A DNA stretch of 64,000 bases from a candidate division WS6 bacterium GW2011_GWF2_39_15 (GCA_000993565.1 LBWK01000001.1:84869-148868); one strand, 5' to 3'; shown: positions 1 to 9,404, counted from the stretch's first letter. The notes: generated by a model from the sequence alone, not told the origin. Program-made: numbers and translations.

Positions 1-327
1 AGGTTCACTAGATTCAACTATGTCGACCACATCTAGTGGACTTTCGAATATGAACTCGCGTATATGTTCAATCTCATCTTGCTCATCAGTTATAATTAGA
101 ACATCGACCTCTTTTGCATCACATGCACATGCAAGGCCTTTGGCCTGGGCTAATTTATTTCGGTCCCATCTAAATATAACAAGATCGAACTCTTCACCCG
201 TTTCCATCAGAAAAGATGTCGCCGTTGTTAAGTGATCTATTGTTGTAAAGTCTACTTGAGCAGGCCTTAAACGGTCTCCCACTTTAGACCTGTTTTCGGC
301 GTTGTCATCAATATACAATAGATTCAT
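1..327 (-). CDS. Response regulator receiver (REC) domain protein, 3' partial (C-terminus lies beyond window start)
   Basis: Reverse-strand translation from an ATG at 327..325 gives MNLLYIDDNAENRSKVGDRLRPAQVDFTTIDHLTTATSFLMETGEEFDLVIFRWDRNKLAQAKGLACACDAKEVDVLIITDEQDE... with no stop before position 1. The acidic pair (IDDN) and the DLVI / VLIIT layout are typical of CheY-like receiver domains. It is absent from the ORF track because there is no in-window stop. It displaces the plus-strand ORF 20..235. Confidence 0.4.
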   Translation of the reverse strand, partial: MNLLYIDDNAENRSKVGDRLRPAQVDFTTIDHLTTATSFLMETGEEFDLVIFRWDRNKLAQAKGLACACDAKEVDVLIITDEQDEIEHIREFIFESPLDVVDIVESSEP

Positions 328-349
328 AATATTTAGATTTAATTATATT

Positions 350-438
350 TGGTGCCGAGGACAGGACTTGAACCTGCAAGGGATATTATTCCCACATGCT
401 CCTAAGGCATGCGTGTCTGCCAATTTCACCACCTCGGC
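350..438 (-). tRNA. tRNA-Leu (anticodon TAG), class II with long variable arm, CCA encoded
   Basis: The reverse complement reads gccgaggtggtgaaattggcagacacg-catgc-cttagga-gcatg-tgggaataatatccc...ttcaagtcctgtcctcggc-a-cca. The 7-bp acceptor stem pairs, the anticodon loop is c-t-TAG-g-a, and there is a long extra arm. Confidence 0.75.
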
Positions 439-470
439 ATTCTAGCATATAATTTTACTCTAAAAGGTGA

Positions 471-1919
471 TTAATTCAAAGTATCTTTAATGCTTTTTTC
501 ATAAAGATATGCGAAATTATACAGTGTATCCTCTTTAAAATGTGGGCCGATTAACTGCATTCCGACTGATAATCCATCCTTTGTGTTCCCTGCAGGAAGG
601 GCTAATGCGGGAACTCCTACCGGGTTTATAGTCACGGTAAAAGCGTCCATCAACCACATTTTGAGGGGGTCATCTGTATTCTCTCCAATTTTGGGTGGAA
701 GAACTGGCATGGTTGGGGTTAGTAATATATCTACTTTTTTAAAGGCCTTAAGAATATCATCTTTAAGAATAGCCCTTACCTGTTGGGCCTTATGGTAATA
801 TTTGTCTGCGTAACCGGTAGAAAGAGCGTAAGTACCAACCATTACCCGCCTCTTCTCCTCAGGACCAAAACCTTCGCCCCTGGTTTTAATTATTTTATCC
901 TTCCAGTCATCAACATTTGCTTCATGCCCAAATCTGATACCATCCATACGGGCAAGGTTGGAACTTGCCTCGCTAATACCAATCACATAGTATGCCGCAA
1001 TTGCATACTCGGTGTAGGGGAGAGATACCTCAACTATCTCGCATCCAAGAGATTTGTATACTTCGATGGCTTGATTTATTGCCTTCTTTACTTCCTCATC
1101 AACTCCATCCCCCAAATATTCTTTAACTACACCCACTTTTCTTCCTTTAAGACTTAAGTCCAACGCCTGATGATAAGGTTTAACCTTCTCTGCAGAAGTT
1201 GTTGCATCCCTAGTATCTTTACCCGCTATTACGCTAAGAATAAGAGCATTATCGTATATATCCTTTGTCATAGGGCCTACTGTATCATATGAGGATGCAT
1301 AAGCTATTGAACCATATCTTGATACTCTTCCGTACGTAGGCTTAAGCCCTACAATACCGCAAAATGCTGCAGGACATCTTATTGACCCTCCAGTGTCCTC
1401 ACCAATTGAAAACAAACCTCCTCCATAAGCAACTGCTGCTCCTGAACCTCCGCTGGAACCACCTGGAACCCTATCTGTATCTAAGGGATTTCGTGTTACT
1501 CCATATGCTGAGTTTTCGGTAGAAGAACCGAAACCGAAAGGATCGCAGTTAGTTTTTCCTATGAGAATAGCATCTTCCTTGGCAAGCTTTTCTACAACTG
1601 TAGCGTTGTATGGTGCTATATATCCTTCAAGCATTTTGGAACCGGCTGTAGTAGTGTATCCCTTGGTGCTATAAACATCTTTAAGGGAGTAGGGGATACC
1701 GGCGAGTTTGCCTAATGGCTCTCCCTTAGTTCTTTTCATATCAATTTGATCAGCTGCCTTTAAAGCTTCTTCCTTTATTATAAGAAGGAAGGCATGGATC
1801 GTCGGTTCCATCTCTTCAATTCTATCTAAGCATGACTGGACAAGCTCCCTTGCTGTAATCTCTTTGCTCTCAAGCAATTCTAAAGCTTCTTTTACTGTTA
1901 GCTCGTATAATCTCTTCAT
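471..1919 (-). CDS. gatA: Glutamyl-tRNA(Gln)/Asp-tRNA(Asn) amidotransferase subunit A
   Basis: 482 aa with the amidase signature GGSSGGSGAAVA and a Ser-cisSer-Lys family layout. It sits immediately downstream of gatC and gatB. Confidence 0.9.
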   Translation of the reverse strand: MKRLYELTVKEALELLESKEITARELVQSCLDRIEEMEPTIHAFLLIIKEEALKAADQIDMKRTKGEPLGKLAGIPYSLKDVYSTKGYTTTAGSKMLEGYIAPYNATVVEKLAKEDAILIGKTNCDPFGFGSSTENSAYGVTRNPLDTDRVPGGSSGGSGAAVAYGGGLFSIGEDTGGSIRCPAAFCGIVGLKPTYGRVSRYGSIAYASSYDTVGPMTKDIYDNALILSVIAGKDTRDATTSAEKVKPYHQALDLSLKGRKVGVVKEYLGDGVDEEVKKAINQAIEVYKSLGCEIVEVSLPYTEYAIAAYYVIGISEASSNLARMDGIRFGHEANVDDWKDKIIKTRGEGFGPEEKRRVMVGTYALSTGYADKYYHKAQQVRAILKDDILKAFKKVDILLTPTMPVLPPKIGENTDDPLKMWLMDAFTVTINPVGVPALALPAGNTKDGLSVGMQLIGPHFKEDTLYNFAYLYEKSIKDTLN

Positions 1920-2216
1920 TTATAACACACTTTTTATAACTAAACTGCCCCCTTTACTCTTCTTCTGTCTATTTTTTACAACCTCTTTTTGCTCTAATGA
2001 AGGTTCAGGGATATCCTCTCGGAACACATTGATCAGGTCAGTCTGGGATTTGAATTCATAACCTTCAGTATCTACTTCCTTAAGTTTCTCCACATAGGCA
2101 AGAATATCTCCAATCTGTTTGGCATATTTTTCAGCTTCCATATCATCTACGTTAATATGAGCCAATTGTGCTATCTTTTTTACTTCTTCAATTGTAATTT
2201 TGTCTTTTGGATTCAT
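1920..2216 (-). CDS. gatC: Asp/Glu-tRNA amidotransferase subunit C
   Basis: 98 aa (MNPKDKITIEEVKKIAQLAHINVDDMEAEKY...) with GatC-like length and motif pattern. It is sandwiched between gatB and gatA with a 4-nt overlap and a 0-nt gap. Confidence 0.8.
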   Translation of the reverse strand: MNPKDKITIEEVKKIAQLAHINVDDMEAEKYAKQIGDILAYVEKLKEVDTEGYEFKSQTDLINVFREDIPEPSLEQKEVVKNRQKKSKGGSLVIKSVL

Positions 2217-3643
2217 TGTTTCAGTTTATCAAATATCATATTCTTAACGGTTTGAGCATCTGCCTGGCCTTTGAGTTCTCTCATTGCCTGACCGACAAGA
2301 AACATTGCAGCATTAGGATTTCTTCTAGCATCTTCGACAGCCTTTAGGTTACTTGTAAATATACGATTAACAACTGTTTCAAGAACCGAAGTATCACTTA
2401 CCATTTCGAGACCTTTAGTTTTAATAATATTACCAATGTATTCACCCGTATCGAAACTTTCTTCAAGGATCTCTTTTGCATTTGATCTTGTGATTTTCTT
2501 TTGAATTACCATATCAACAAGTTCCGTTAGCCATTCAGACTTAAACTCTTTACTGCGTTTATTACTGTTCACAAGAGAAAAATAATCACCGACGAACCAT
2601 TTAGAAACTTCAGATACCAATTGAGAATTTACATTCGCAGTTATGCTTTCAAATTCGAGGAAAGTATCTACGTCGTTAATTATAGCTTCAGCGGTATCTT
2701 TCTCTATTCCGTATTCTTTAATATATCTATCCTTCTTTTCCTGAGGTAATTCAGGAATTGTATTCTTGATCTCATCAATCATTTCCTGGGAGAGCTTGAT
2801 TAAGGGTATGTCTGGTTCCGGGAAGTATCTATAATCAGCTTCATTTTCTTTTGATCTCTGAGAGACTGTTTCTCCGGTCATATCAATTAATCCTCGTGTC
2901 TCTTGTTTTGGTGTCTGACCATTTTCAAGTATCTCATATTGCCTCTTCAGCTCATGTTCTATGACTTTTTCCAGTACAGAAATAGATGCTATGTTCTTAA
3001 CCTCAACCTTATACTTAGGAAGCTCTTGGTCACCCTTTTTCCTCAATGACATGTTCAACTCGAATCTCATTTCACCACGCTCCATATCAGCATTTGAAAC
3101 TCCTAAGTATCTGACAATCTGTCTTAAGCGTTTGCAATAGGCGGTGACTTCCTCTTTTGACCTGAAATCAGGCTCCGAAACTATCTCAATCAGAGGGACG
3201 CCCGATTTATTAAAGTCCAGAAGTGTTTCTCCGTTATTATGAATTGATTTTCCTGTGTCTTCCTCCTGATGAACTCTGGTAACGCCAATTCTTTTCACAC
3301 CTTCTTTGGTTTCAATGTTTGTATAACCTGAATACCCTATTGGTTGATCATACTGGGAAATTTGAAAACCTTTGGGAAGGTCAGGGTAGAAGTAGTTTTT
3401 TCTATCAAACTTTGTTTCCTGATTTATACTGCAGTTTAAAGCAAGAGCAGTTTTTATGCAGAGTTCTACAGCTCTTTTGTTTGGGACTGGCAAGGCTCCT
3501 GGAAGCCCAAAGCAAACTGGACAAACGTGAGTATTTGGAGGGGTATTAAAGTAGTTGGCATCACAACTGCAAAACATCTTTGACTTTGTTCTTGATTGAA
3601 CATGAACTTCAAGTCCAATAACAATCTCATAGGAATCAGACAT
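2213..3643 (-). CDS. gatB: Asp/Glu-tRNA amidotransferase subunit B
   Basis: 476 aa. The N-terminus MSDSYEIVIGLEVHVQ...KMFCSC and the central GatB/YqeY-like regions match GatB. Confidence 0.9.
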   Translation of the reverse strand: MSDSYEIVIGLEVHVQSRTKSKMFCSCDANYFNTPPNTHVCPVCFGLPGALPVPNKRAVELCIKTALALNCSINQETKFDRKNYFYPDLPKGFQISQYDQPIGYSGYTNIETKEGVKRIGVTRVHQEEDTGKSIHNNGETLLDFNKSGVPLIEIVSEPDFRSKEEVTAYCKRLRQIVRYLGVSNADMERGEMRFELNMSLRKKGDQELPKYKVEVKNIASISVLEKVIEHELKRQYEILENGQTPKQETRGLIDMTGETVSQRSKENEADYRYFPEPDIPLIKLSQEMIDEIKNTIPELPQEKKDRYIKEYGIEKDTAEAIINDVDTFLEFESITANVNSQLVSEVSKWFVGDYFSLVNSNKRSKEFKSEWLTELVDMVIQKKITRSNAKEILEESFDTGEYIGNIIKTKGLEMVSDTSVLETVVNRIFTSNLKAVEDARRNPNAAMFLVGQAMRELKGQADAQTVKNMIFDKLKQ

Positions 3644-3677
3644 ATAGTGGTAATATTAACAGCTAAATAGGATTTTT

Positions 3678-4778
3678 TCAATCAAATGTTCTTAATGTTT
3701 TCCCTACCTTTGGCTTATTTGTTTCATCCGCTTTTATTTTTTCACTTAGAATATAGTAAGTTCCTCTCCCAACCCCTTTTTGTTGAATATACTTCATATC
3801 CAGAAGCTCCTGGAGATCTCGGAATGCTGTCATAAATGACACGCCCATCAATTTTGAGTAATCATGCCGGGTAATACGGCGTTCTTTTTCCATAGTCTCC
3901 AGTATTTTCACCTGCCTGGGATTAAGGCTCTCATTTAGTTTACTGTACTTCTTAACTCTATTATCGTAAGTATTTTTTATAAGAGTCGATACCTCGGTCG
4001 AGGTGAGTGCAAGAGAGTATAGGAGTGTTTCAATAAATATAGTTAAATCCTTTTTTGACTTGCATATTTTAAAAGCACTTATAATTTCTTCTGAGATTTG
4101 GTTGATAGCTTTAGCAAAAGGAATTAGGTTTCTATGATTATAGCCGTATTCTTTAGCCAAAATGGAAATCGTCGTTATCGCAGTTATCTGATTTAGGGCG
4201 TTAAAAGGGGCTTTATCCATTATCTCGTAAAGGAGAACGGCCAGCTGGATTAGCTTATGAGGGACATTTTTAGGTGTGTTAATCCAGAGAAACAGCTCGT
4301 CAAGATGTCTTTTAGGCTTGAGATTAGGGAAAAAATCCCGAAGCTTATACCAGTTATCATGGATATCGTTGGGCTTTTCAGAAAAAGTTCTCAATTTTCC
4401 TATTTCCCATTCTTCCACTAAACTTTTACCAAGCAGTTTATTCAGATGTATCATTAGCTCTGAAGAAGGGCGGTAGAAAGAAGAAGCAGTATAAACATTT
4501 ATAAAGTCCTGCACACTTCTATAATTGGTAAGGATCCGATCTTTGGCTTTACCCGTAGGCAAAACCTTTCCTCTTTGGATTTGCAGTGCTTTGCTATATC
4601 CAATACTAGATCCAATTAACTCTCCAAGCTTATCTATATCCTCTGCTCTCAATTTTTCATAAACTTCTGTAAAATATGTGTCGGGTAGCGGGGTGGTTCT
4701 GATTCGCTCAAGTGCTAGTTCACACTTTACAATGTAGCTGAGGATATATTGTGTGATTGTAAAGGTTGGTGAGTACAT
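3678..4778 (-). CDS. Fic-family protein with degenerate active-site motif and C-terminal winged-HTH
   Basis: 366 aa. The region ...LYEIMDKAPFNALNQITAITT aligns to the Fic core ..IHPFxDGNGRxxR, but H, G, N, G and R are substituted. The C-terminal RHDYSKLMGVSFMTAFRDLQELLDMKYIQQKGVGRGTYYIL is wHTH-like, as in long Fic proteins. Confidence 0.5.
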   Translation of the reverse strand: MYSPTFTITQYILSYIVKCELALERIRTTPLPDTYFTEVYEKLRAEDIDKLGELIGSSIGYSKALQIQRGKVLPTGKAKDRILTNYRSVQDFINVYTASSFYRPSSELMIHLNKLLGKSLVEEWEIGKLRTFSEKPNDIHDNWYKLRDFFPNLKPKRHLDELFLWINTPKNVPHKLIQLAVLLYEIMDKAPFNALNQITAITTISILAKEYGYNHRNLIPFAKAINQISEEIISAFKICKSKKDLTIFIETLLYSLALTSTEVSTLIKNTYDNRVKKYSKLNESLNPRQVKILETMEKERRITRHDYSKLMGVSFMTAFRDLQELLDMKYIQQKGVGRGTYYILSEKIKADETNKPKVGKTLRTFD

Positions 4779-4796
4779 AGGCTTTCTATTAAAATA

Positions 4797-4870
4797 AGCT
4801 GATGGACAGGATCGAACTGTCGGCCTGCTCTTTACGAAAGAGCCGCTCTAGCCAACTGAGCTACATCAGC
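4797..4870 (-). tRNA. tRNA-Thr (anticodon CGT)
   Basis: The reverse complement reads gctgatg-ta-gctcagttggctagagc-g-gctct-ttCGTaa-agagc-aggcc-gacagttcgatcctgtc-catcagc-t, a full cloverleaf. CCA is not encoded. Confidence 0.75.
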
Positions 4871-4908
4871 GTAACGTTGATGTTACGATTTTAACAGAGT
4901 GTGTAACG

Positions 4909-7575
4909 CTATGCAACTGGCGTTGTTGGATCGGTATTTGTACTAATGACAGGTTCAGCAGGCGTTTGTGTGGGTACTTTGCTAGTAGCCTGTTGATTAA
5001 GTTTAATCGCCTCCTGTGTCGGCACATCGAAATTCCCTATAACCGGAGGAGGTTTCTTCCTATCTCTTGATCGCTTTACTATTAGGGTGGTCATTATGAG
5101 CAGGATTGATATTACAAGTCCGGCAACTGCAGTTAGTGCGATTAGTATAATATTGCCCCTTACATTAATACCCATCTCCTCAAGACGCTGTTCAATTGAT
5201 TGCATGTTGAATAACGGTGTTTGATCCTCACCGTCCTTTATTTTCTTTTCTGATATCTTAATTAATGGAGACATAATGCTTTGTGAGACAGGGTAAAGTG
5301 AGACAACCTTTTTGAAATCTACCAAAGCCAATTTATAGTATGCTTTTGAAAAATTATTAACTCCGCTGCGAATAAGTTTAGCAATTTTCCCTTCAGTTAT
5401 TTGAACAGAGTTTTCCTTTAATAATCTTGTAACTTCCTCTACAGAAATACCTGCATTAAAGTCCGCTGATTCATTTTCTGAAAGCTTGTAGGTCGTTACT
5501 CCGACAACATCACCATCACTATTTAATATTGGGCCTCCGCTGTTACCATAAGAAATAGAGGCGTCTATCTGTAAAAGTTTGAAAGTGCCGTCTATACTTG
5601 GTTTAACGGCGCTAATTATTCCATTTGTAACAGTTGCAATACTAGATGCTGAAGCGGCAAATACACTTTCGTTATTTACTGATCCAGGAAATCCTAAAAC
5701 ATATATCGGCATTCCGGAGGTCAGAACTTCATGCGATGTGAGCTTCAAGAATGGATAATCCTTGTTCTGAGTGTCAACTTTAATAAGAGCGAGATCTGGT
5801 ATTGATGGTGTAATCGGCTTATTATTTGCCTCGTTGTACAAACGCTTGTAGTGTGAATCTACCTGTCCTTTCACTAAAGTTGTTGCAAGCTGGTCTTGGG
5901 TATTTATAAGGTTATAAGTATTTAGATCAACTGAGAACGGTTTCTCCTGTTCTACAAAGTTAGTATACGAAGGTTCAAGTGTAATAACTCCTTGGTTTTC
6001 AAGCTCTATAAAAGAGGACATTAGAAAGAGAAGTGCATCAGAGTTGGAGTAGATATTTAGGTCAGTTGAGTAGTTTGAGAGGAGATACTGCTGAATATCC
6101 GTCGCGAAATCTCTCCAGAAAACATTGGTACTGCCAGTTAGTAGTAAGGAAGAAATGAGCATATCAACTGGATTAGGAGTTGCAACATGCCCATTGGTTA
6201 CAATATAACCTTGACTACTGACAAAAAAGCCAGATCCTGTACTCGCCTGGCATATATCATATGTTTTGCCAGGAGTAGTTTTAAGACCGCTATCACTGGA
6301 TACTTTTACTAGGACACATGCTTTATTGTATATATGTACAACTGATGGTTTCCCAATTAAAGCGGATCGATCAATTTCCAGAGACGAAGTTCCCAGTATA
6401 TTACTAGTCAGATTAAATGAACTCTCACTCTGTATATTTGTACTTTCTTCATACTTTACGGTTGTAAGAAGTTTATCGATGGCTTTTTCACCGTTGCTTC
6501 CAGTTACTGGCATGGTTGCCTTTATCGTAATAATATATTTATTATCCTTGCTCGTAGTTGTATAGATTTTGATCTTTGTCGCTGAACCTGTAAATGTATA
6601 AGAATATTCACTATAAAGGTAGGATGTACCGCCGATGTCCCTCTTTATTTTATCTGAGGAGTATTTTAGACCTTTATCCCTGTAAAAATTCTTATCAAAT
6701 GAAGTGTAAATATCATGACTTGTTTGTTCTGTTTCGTTTTCCCCTTTTGTAGAAGATGTTATTGCGAGGGTAGTTGTACTGTATTTAAAATCATCCAATT
6801 TCTCCTGATTCTCGCTTCTAAAGTTTAAAAACGCCGAATACTCAGTACTTGATGAAAGGATCCACATATCTCTATCATATTTTAATGAGGTACCACCTTT
6901 GGGGATTTCAACCTTTATATCGGTTGCGAGGTCCTTTGGTTCATATTCAGCCTTTGTTAGTATATTAGCTACCTCTGATATGTGATTCGTGACACTATAA
7001 CCATCGGGATATACAATGGTAGCTTTCAAAAACTTATCATTTACCTTTCTATAAACAATTTGTGTATTAAAAAGGGCTTTTGAGTTATCCAGGAAAGATT
7101 CTTTAACATAGGAAAATCTCATCCCTTTTAATTTCTCTATCTCGCTTTCTTCTTCTTTCTTTACATTTTCATAAAGTGCTTTGAGAGCATTTTCTTCTGA
7201 TTGAGGTGAAGTCTCTGTTGATGTAAGAGCTATTGTTGTATAGATATCCAGGTTATATGCTCCAATTTTGCTTACATACACAGAGCTGGAGGAGTCATTT
7301 AAAAGATATTTCGTAGAATCATACGTGAACAAAGTATTCAGAGAGGGGGAATAAAAAGTGGAGGTCTTGTTATGGGTACCCTTGTATACAAGCTGATTTG
7401 TCACCTCTTGTGCAAGTTGCGGGTCAAGGTTTGCTAGGACGATTTTCCCTTCCTTGCCCTTGCCTTGAATATCATCATAGAGACCCTTACCAATTATTAT
7501 AAAGAGGATTAATGAGTTTAAAATACTTAATACCACTCCCGTAAGGATAAGAGATTTTACATTTAACTCTTTCAT
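4909..7575 (-). CDS. Membrane-anchored trypsin-like (HtrA/S1-family) serine protease domain protein
   Basis: 888 aa. It has an N-terminal signal-anchor (LILTGVVLSILNSLILFIIIG). The central region contains GFFVSSQGYIVTNGHVA (His box) and ...GNSGGPILNSDGDVVGV (the GxSGGP Ser box). A C-terminal TM helix (ILIALTAVAGLVISILLIMTTLIV) is followed by a Pro-rich tail. Confidence 0.55.
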   Translation of the reverse strand: MKELNVKSLILTGVVLSILNSLILFIIIGKGLYDDIQGKGKEGKIVLANLDPQLAQEVTNQLVYKGTHNKTSTFYSPSLNTLFTYDSTKYLLNDSSSSVYVSKIGAYNLDIYTTIALTSTETSPQSEENALKALYENVKKEEESEIEKLKGMRFSYVKESFLDNSKALFNTQIVYRKVNDKFLKATIVYPDGYSVTNHISEVANILTKAEYEPKDLATDIKVEIPKGGTSLKYDRDMWILSSSTEYSAFLNFRSENQEKLDDFKYSTTTLAITSSTKGENETEQTSHDIYTSFDKNFYRDKGLKYSSDKIKRDIGGTSYLYSEYSYTFTGSATKIKIYTTTSKDNKYIITIKATMPVTGSNGEKAIDKLLTTVKYEESTNIQSESSFNLTSNILGTSSLEIDRSALIGKPSVVHIYNKACVLVKVSSDSGLKTTPGKTYDICQASTGSGFFVSSQGYIVTNGHVATPNPVDMLISSLLLTGSTNVFWRDFATDIQQYLLSNYSTDLNIYSNSDALLFLMSSFIELENQGVITLEPSYTNFVEQEKPFSVDLNTYNLINTQDQLATTLVKGQVDSHYKRLYNEANNKPITPSIPDLALIKVDTQNKDYPFLKLTSHEVLTSGMPIYVLGFPGSVNNESVFAASASSIATVTNGIISAVKPSIDGTFKLLQIDASISYGNSGGPILNSDGDVVGVTTYKLSENESADFNAGISVEEVTRLLKENSVQITEGKIAKLIRSGVNNFSKAYYKLALVDFKKVVSLYPVSQSIMSPLIKISEKKIKDGEDQTPLFNMQSIEQRLEEMGINVRGNIILIALTAVAGLVISILLIMTTLIVKRSRDRKKPPPVIGNFDVPTQEAIKLNQQATSKVPTQTPAEPVISTNTDPTTPVA

Positions 7576-7643
7576 CTGAGAATGGGCAAATTTAAACTAT
7601 AAAATAGTACTACTTTAGATTCTAATGATCAAATGAGAACAAA

Positions 7644-7720
7644 TGGAGCGAGAGACGGGACTCGAACCCGCAACCTTCTCCTTGGGAAGGAGACATTCTA
7701 ACCAATTGAACTACTCTCGC
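7644..7720 (-). tRNA. tRNA-Gly (anticodon CCC), CCA encoded
   Basis: The reverse complement reads gcgagag-ta-gttcaattggttagaat-g-tctcc-ttCCCaa-ggaga-aggtt-gcgggttcgagtcccgt-ctctcgc-t-cca. Confidence 0.8.
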
Positions 7721-7755
7721 ATCTCGATATTTATACCATAAATAGGGGTTTCTTT

Positions 7756-8472
7756 TTAGGGCTTATTTTGAAATAAACAAGTAATGTAAATCCTCGGAAA
7801 TTCTCCTTTATATGCTCGTGTCACAGTTTGATACTCCTCATATTCAATGAGTTTTAAAGGTGAGAAGAGCTTTTCCAGCTCTCCTTTTGTAAAAGCTTTC
7901 TCTGTTATCGTATCTTCTTCAAATTTAAATCTGTACGAATTCTCTTCGGGGCCGGGCATTTTAGCCTTTAAATCAACTACTGCAGGAGAGTTAGCCAGGA
8001 GTGTAAAAATAAGGTAGTAACCGTTTGGAGCAATTAACCTCTTAATATGCTTTACGGTCTCTCTTCTAGACGACTTTGTCATCGAATGAAGTGTAGTCAT
8101 ATCAATAATTAGGGAGTAGCTGTTTACATCTTTCCCAATCTCAAGGGCTGCATCGTTTGCAATGAAATCAATTCGGTCTGCCAGTCCAAGCCTTTTAGCC
8201 TCCTGCTTTGCCAGGTCAATAGCTACAGGTGAAAGGTCAATTGCTTTGACATATTTAAAACCGTTTTGTATTAAATAGAAGGCGTTTCTCCCGTTACCTG
8301 CTCCAATATCCAAAGCTTTATCCTTCTTTATTCTGGGATACTTCTCAATAAATCTTCTTAAAGAGGAAGAAGGGTGAAATGTATTTGAGGAGGGTAGGGC
8401 TTTACGTGTTGAATATTCTTTATTCCAGAGGTATTTTCTGTATTTGATAGAATCGATATCTAATCCACCCAT
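7756..8472 (-). CDS. Class I SAM-dependent methyltransferase, TehB-like
   Basis: 238 aa. Motif I is LDIGAGNGRNAFYLIQNGF, compared with TehB LDLGCGNGRNSLYLAANGY. The downstream acidic motif and ...APNGYYLI match the TehB GGYNLI region. Confidence 0.6.
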   Translation of the reverse strand: MGGLDIDSIKYRKYLWNKEYSTRKALPSSNTFHPSSSLRRFIEKYPRIKKDKALDIGAGNGRNAFYLIQNGFKYVKAIDLSPVAIDLAKQEAKRLGLADRIDFIANDAALEIGKDVNSYSLIIDMTTLHSMTKSSRRETVKHIKRLIAPNGYYLIFTLLANSPAVVDLKAKMPGPEENSYRFKFEEDTITEKAFTKGELEKLFSPLKLIEYEEYQTVTRAYKGEFPRIYITCLFQNKP

Positions 8473-9404
8473 TCGCTTTTCTGAATAATCTCAGATAACA
8501 CCCAGTCATAGTCACCATTCACGACATTTGCATCGCAGTATTTACATATACCTGATACAGATACTTCTATAGGAGCTCCACAGTTTGGACATTTCCTGTC
8601 GAATAATCCACTTTTTAACTTTGTTTTAAGAGTAGAGCGTCTTATGAATACCCAATATTCTGTAAATGGGGGAGTTTGCTCCTTTGTACCCTCTATAATT
8701 TTTTCGGGTGCTCCTTCCTTTACTTTATAATCCTTCATTGATGCACGGATCTTAACCGCAATTTTGTGATACTCTTCGCCCATATCAACTCGTACTATGT
8801 TAGTAGACCCTACTACTATATTTTCAAGCACATTGATTGTTTTGTTCTTCTTCATATTTTCAATCTGCATTTGGTGGCTCTGATATACCTCCTCGGACAT
8901 AAACGGTCTGCAGACTGCCTGATCTCTGTTTGTCCATCCTTCCTGAACAGACATAAACACTTTTTTAGAGTATGTCTTAAATTTCTGCTCATCAAACTGG
9001 GGGTCAGTCTTCTTTAAGGCTTTGAGACCGTCATTTACCTGTTCACTTTGCATTGAGGAATGATCAGGTGTTATTGGAGTATCAGAGACTGTAGGACCGC
9101 CAGGTCCCGAACCACCCTTTCGTCTTGAGGCTAATATTACTATGACAATGATAATTATGATTATAACGAATGTAGAACAGCCAACACCATCATTATTAAT
9201 ACCTGAGCCATTACCAGAGGTTGTAGACCATCCTGAGCCCCCAAAATCGCCGGATGATGAGCTTCCAGAGTCAAAGCCACCATCTCCAAAACTTTCACCA
9301 CCACCTGCACGTGCATAAGCAAATCCTGTGCTGGTTAATGTTAGAAGAAAGGTCAGAATTAAAGCTAAAAGTATTTTACTTCTGTTCCTGTTGTACTGGA
9401 TCAT
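8460..9404 (-). CDS. Tim44-like domain membrane protein with Gly-rich region and C-terminal zinc-ribbon
   Basis: Signal/TM at the N-terminus. There is a G/S-rich low-complexity stretch, then a poly-Ile TM helix (VIIIIIIVIVIL). A roughly 150-aa domain ending ..FTEYWVFIRR is Tim44-like. The C-terminal CPNCGAPIEVSVSGICKYC carries a CxxC...CxxC ribbon. The start is uncertain (9422 or 9404). Confidence 0.45.
   Translation of the reverse strand: MIQYNRNRSKILLALILTFLLTLTSTGFAYARAGGGESFGDGGFDSGSSSSGDFGGSGWSTTSGNGSGINNDGVGCSTFVIIIIIIVIVILASRRKGGSGPGGPTVSDTPITPDHSSMQSEQVNDGLKALKKTDPQFDEQKFKTYSKKVFMSVQEGWTNRDQAVCRPFMSEEVYQSHQMQIENMKKNKTINVLENIVVGSTNIVRVDMGEEYHKIAVKIRASMKDYKVKEGAPEKIIEGTKEQTPPFTEYWVFIRRSTLKTKLKSGLFDRKCPNCGAPIEVSVSGICKYCDANVVNGDYDWVLSEIIQKSEWVD

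Noticed and set aside
20-235. Plus-strand 71-aa ORF at the window start
   Set aside because: The opposite strand carries a much more convincing open frame (a REC-like domain, ATG at 327, no stop to position 1). The plus ORF is low-complexity S/T-rich and is likely an antisense artefact.
583-1157. ORFs 583..798 and 783..1157 (+) inside gatA
   Set aside because: They are entirely antisense to a strongly supported gatA gene and have no motifs. They are typical shadow ORFs in AT-rich DNA. The same reasoning applies to the other antisense ORFs in the track: 1864..2061, 3319..3549, 3466..3681, 4276..4476, 6266..6565, 8766..9017, 9254..9565, 9599..9835, 12907..13200, 13172..13708, 14066..14260, 14799..14984, 16640..16891, 17074..17473, 20519..20894, 25401..26187, 29620..29887, 30781..31065, 31335..31635, 31938..32156, 32513..32701, 33166..33354, 36183..36667, 37000..37466, 39979..40472, 40539..40790, 40941..41211, 42622..42810, 43133..43528, 45113..45307, 45441..45680, 45920..46108, 47058..47258, 47853..48041, 50248..50445, 50849..51052, 52832..53416, 53528..53722, 53885..54214, 54597..55382, 55632..56138, 58720..58902, 61073..61588, 61631..62038, 62512..62694 and 63158..63370.
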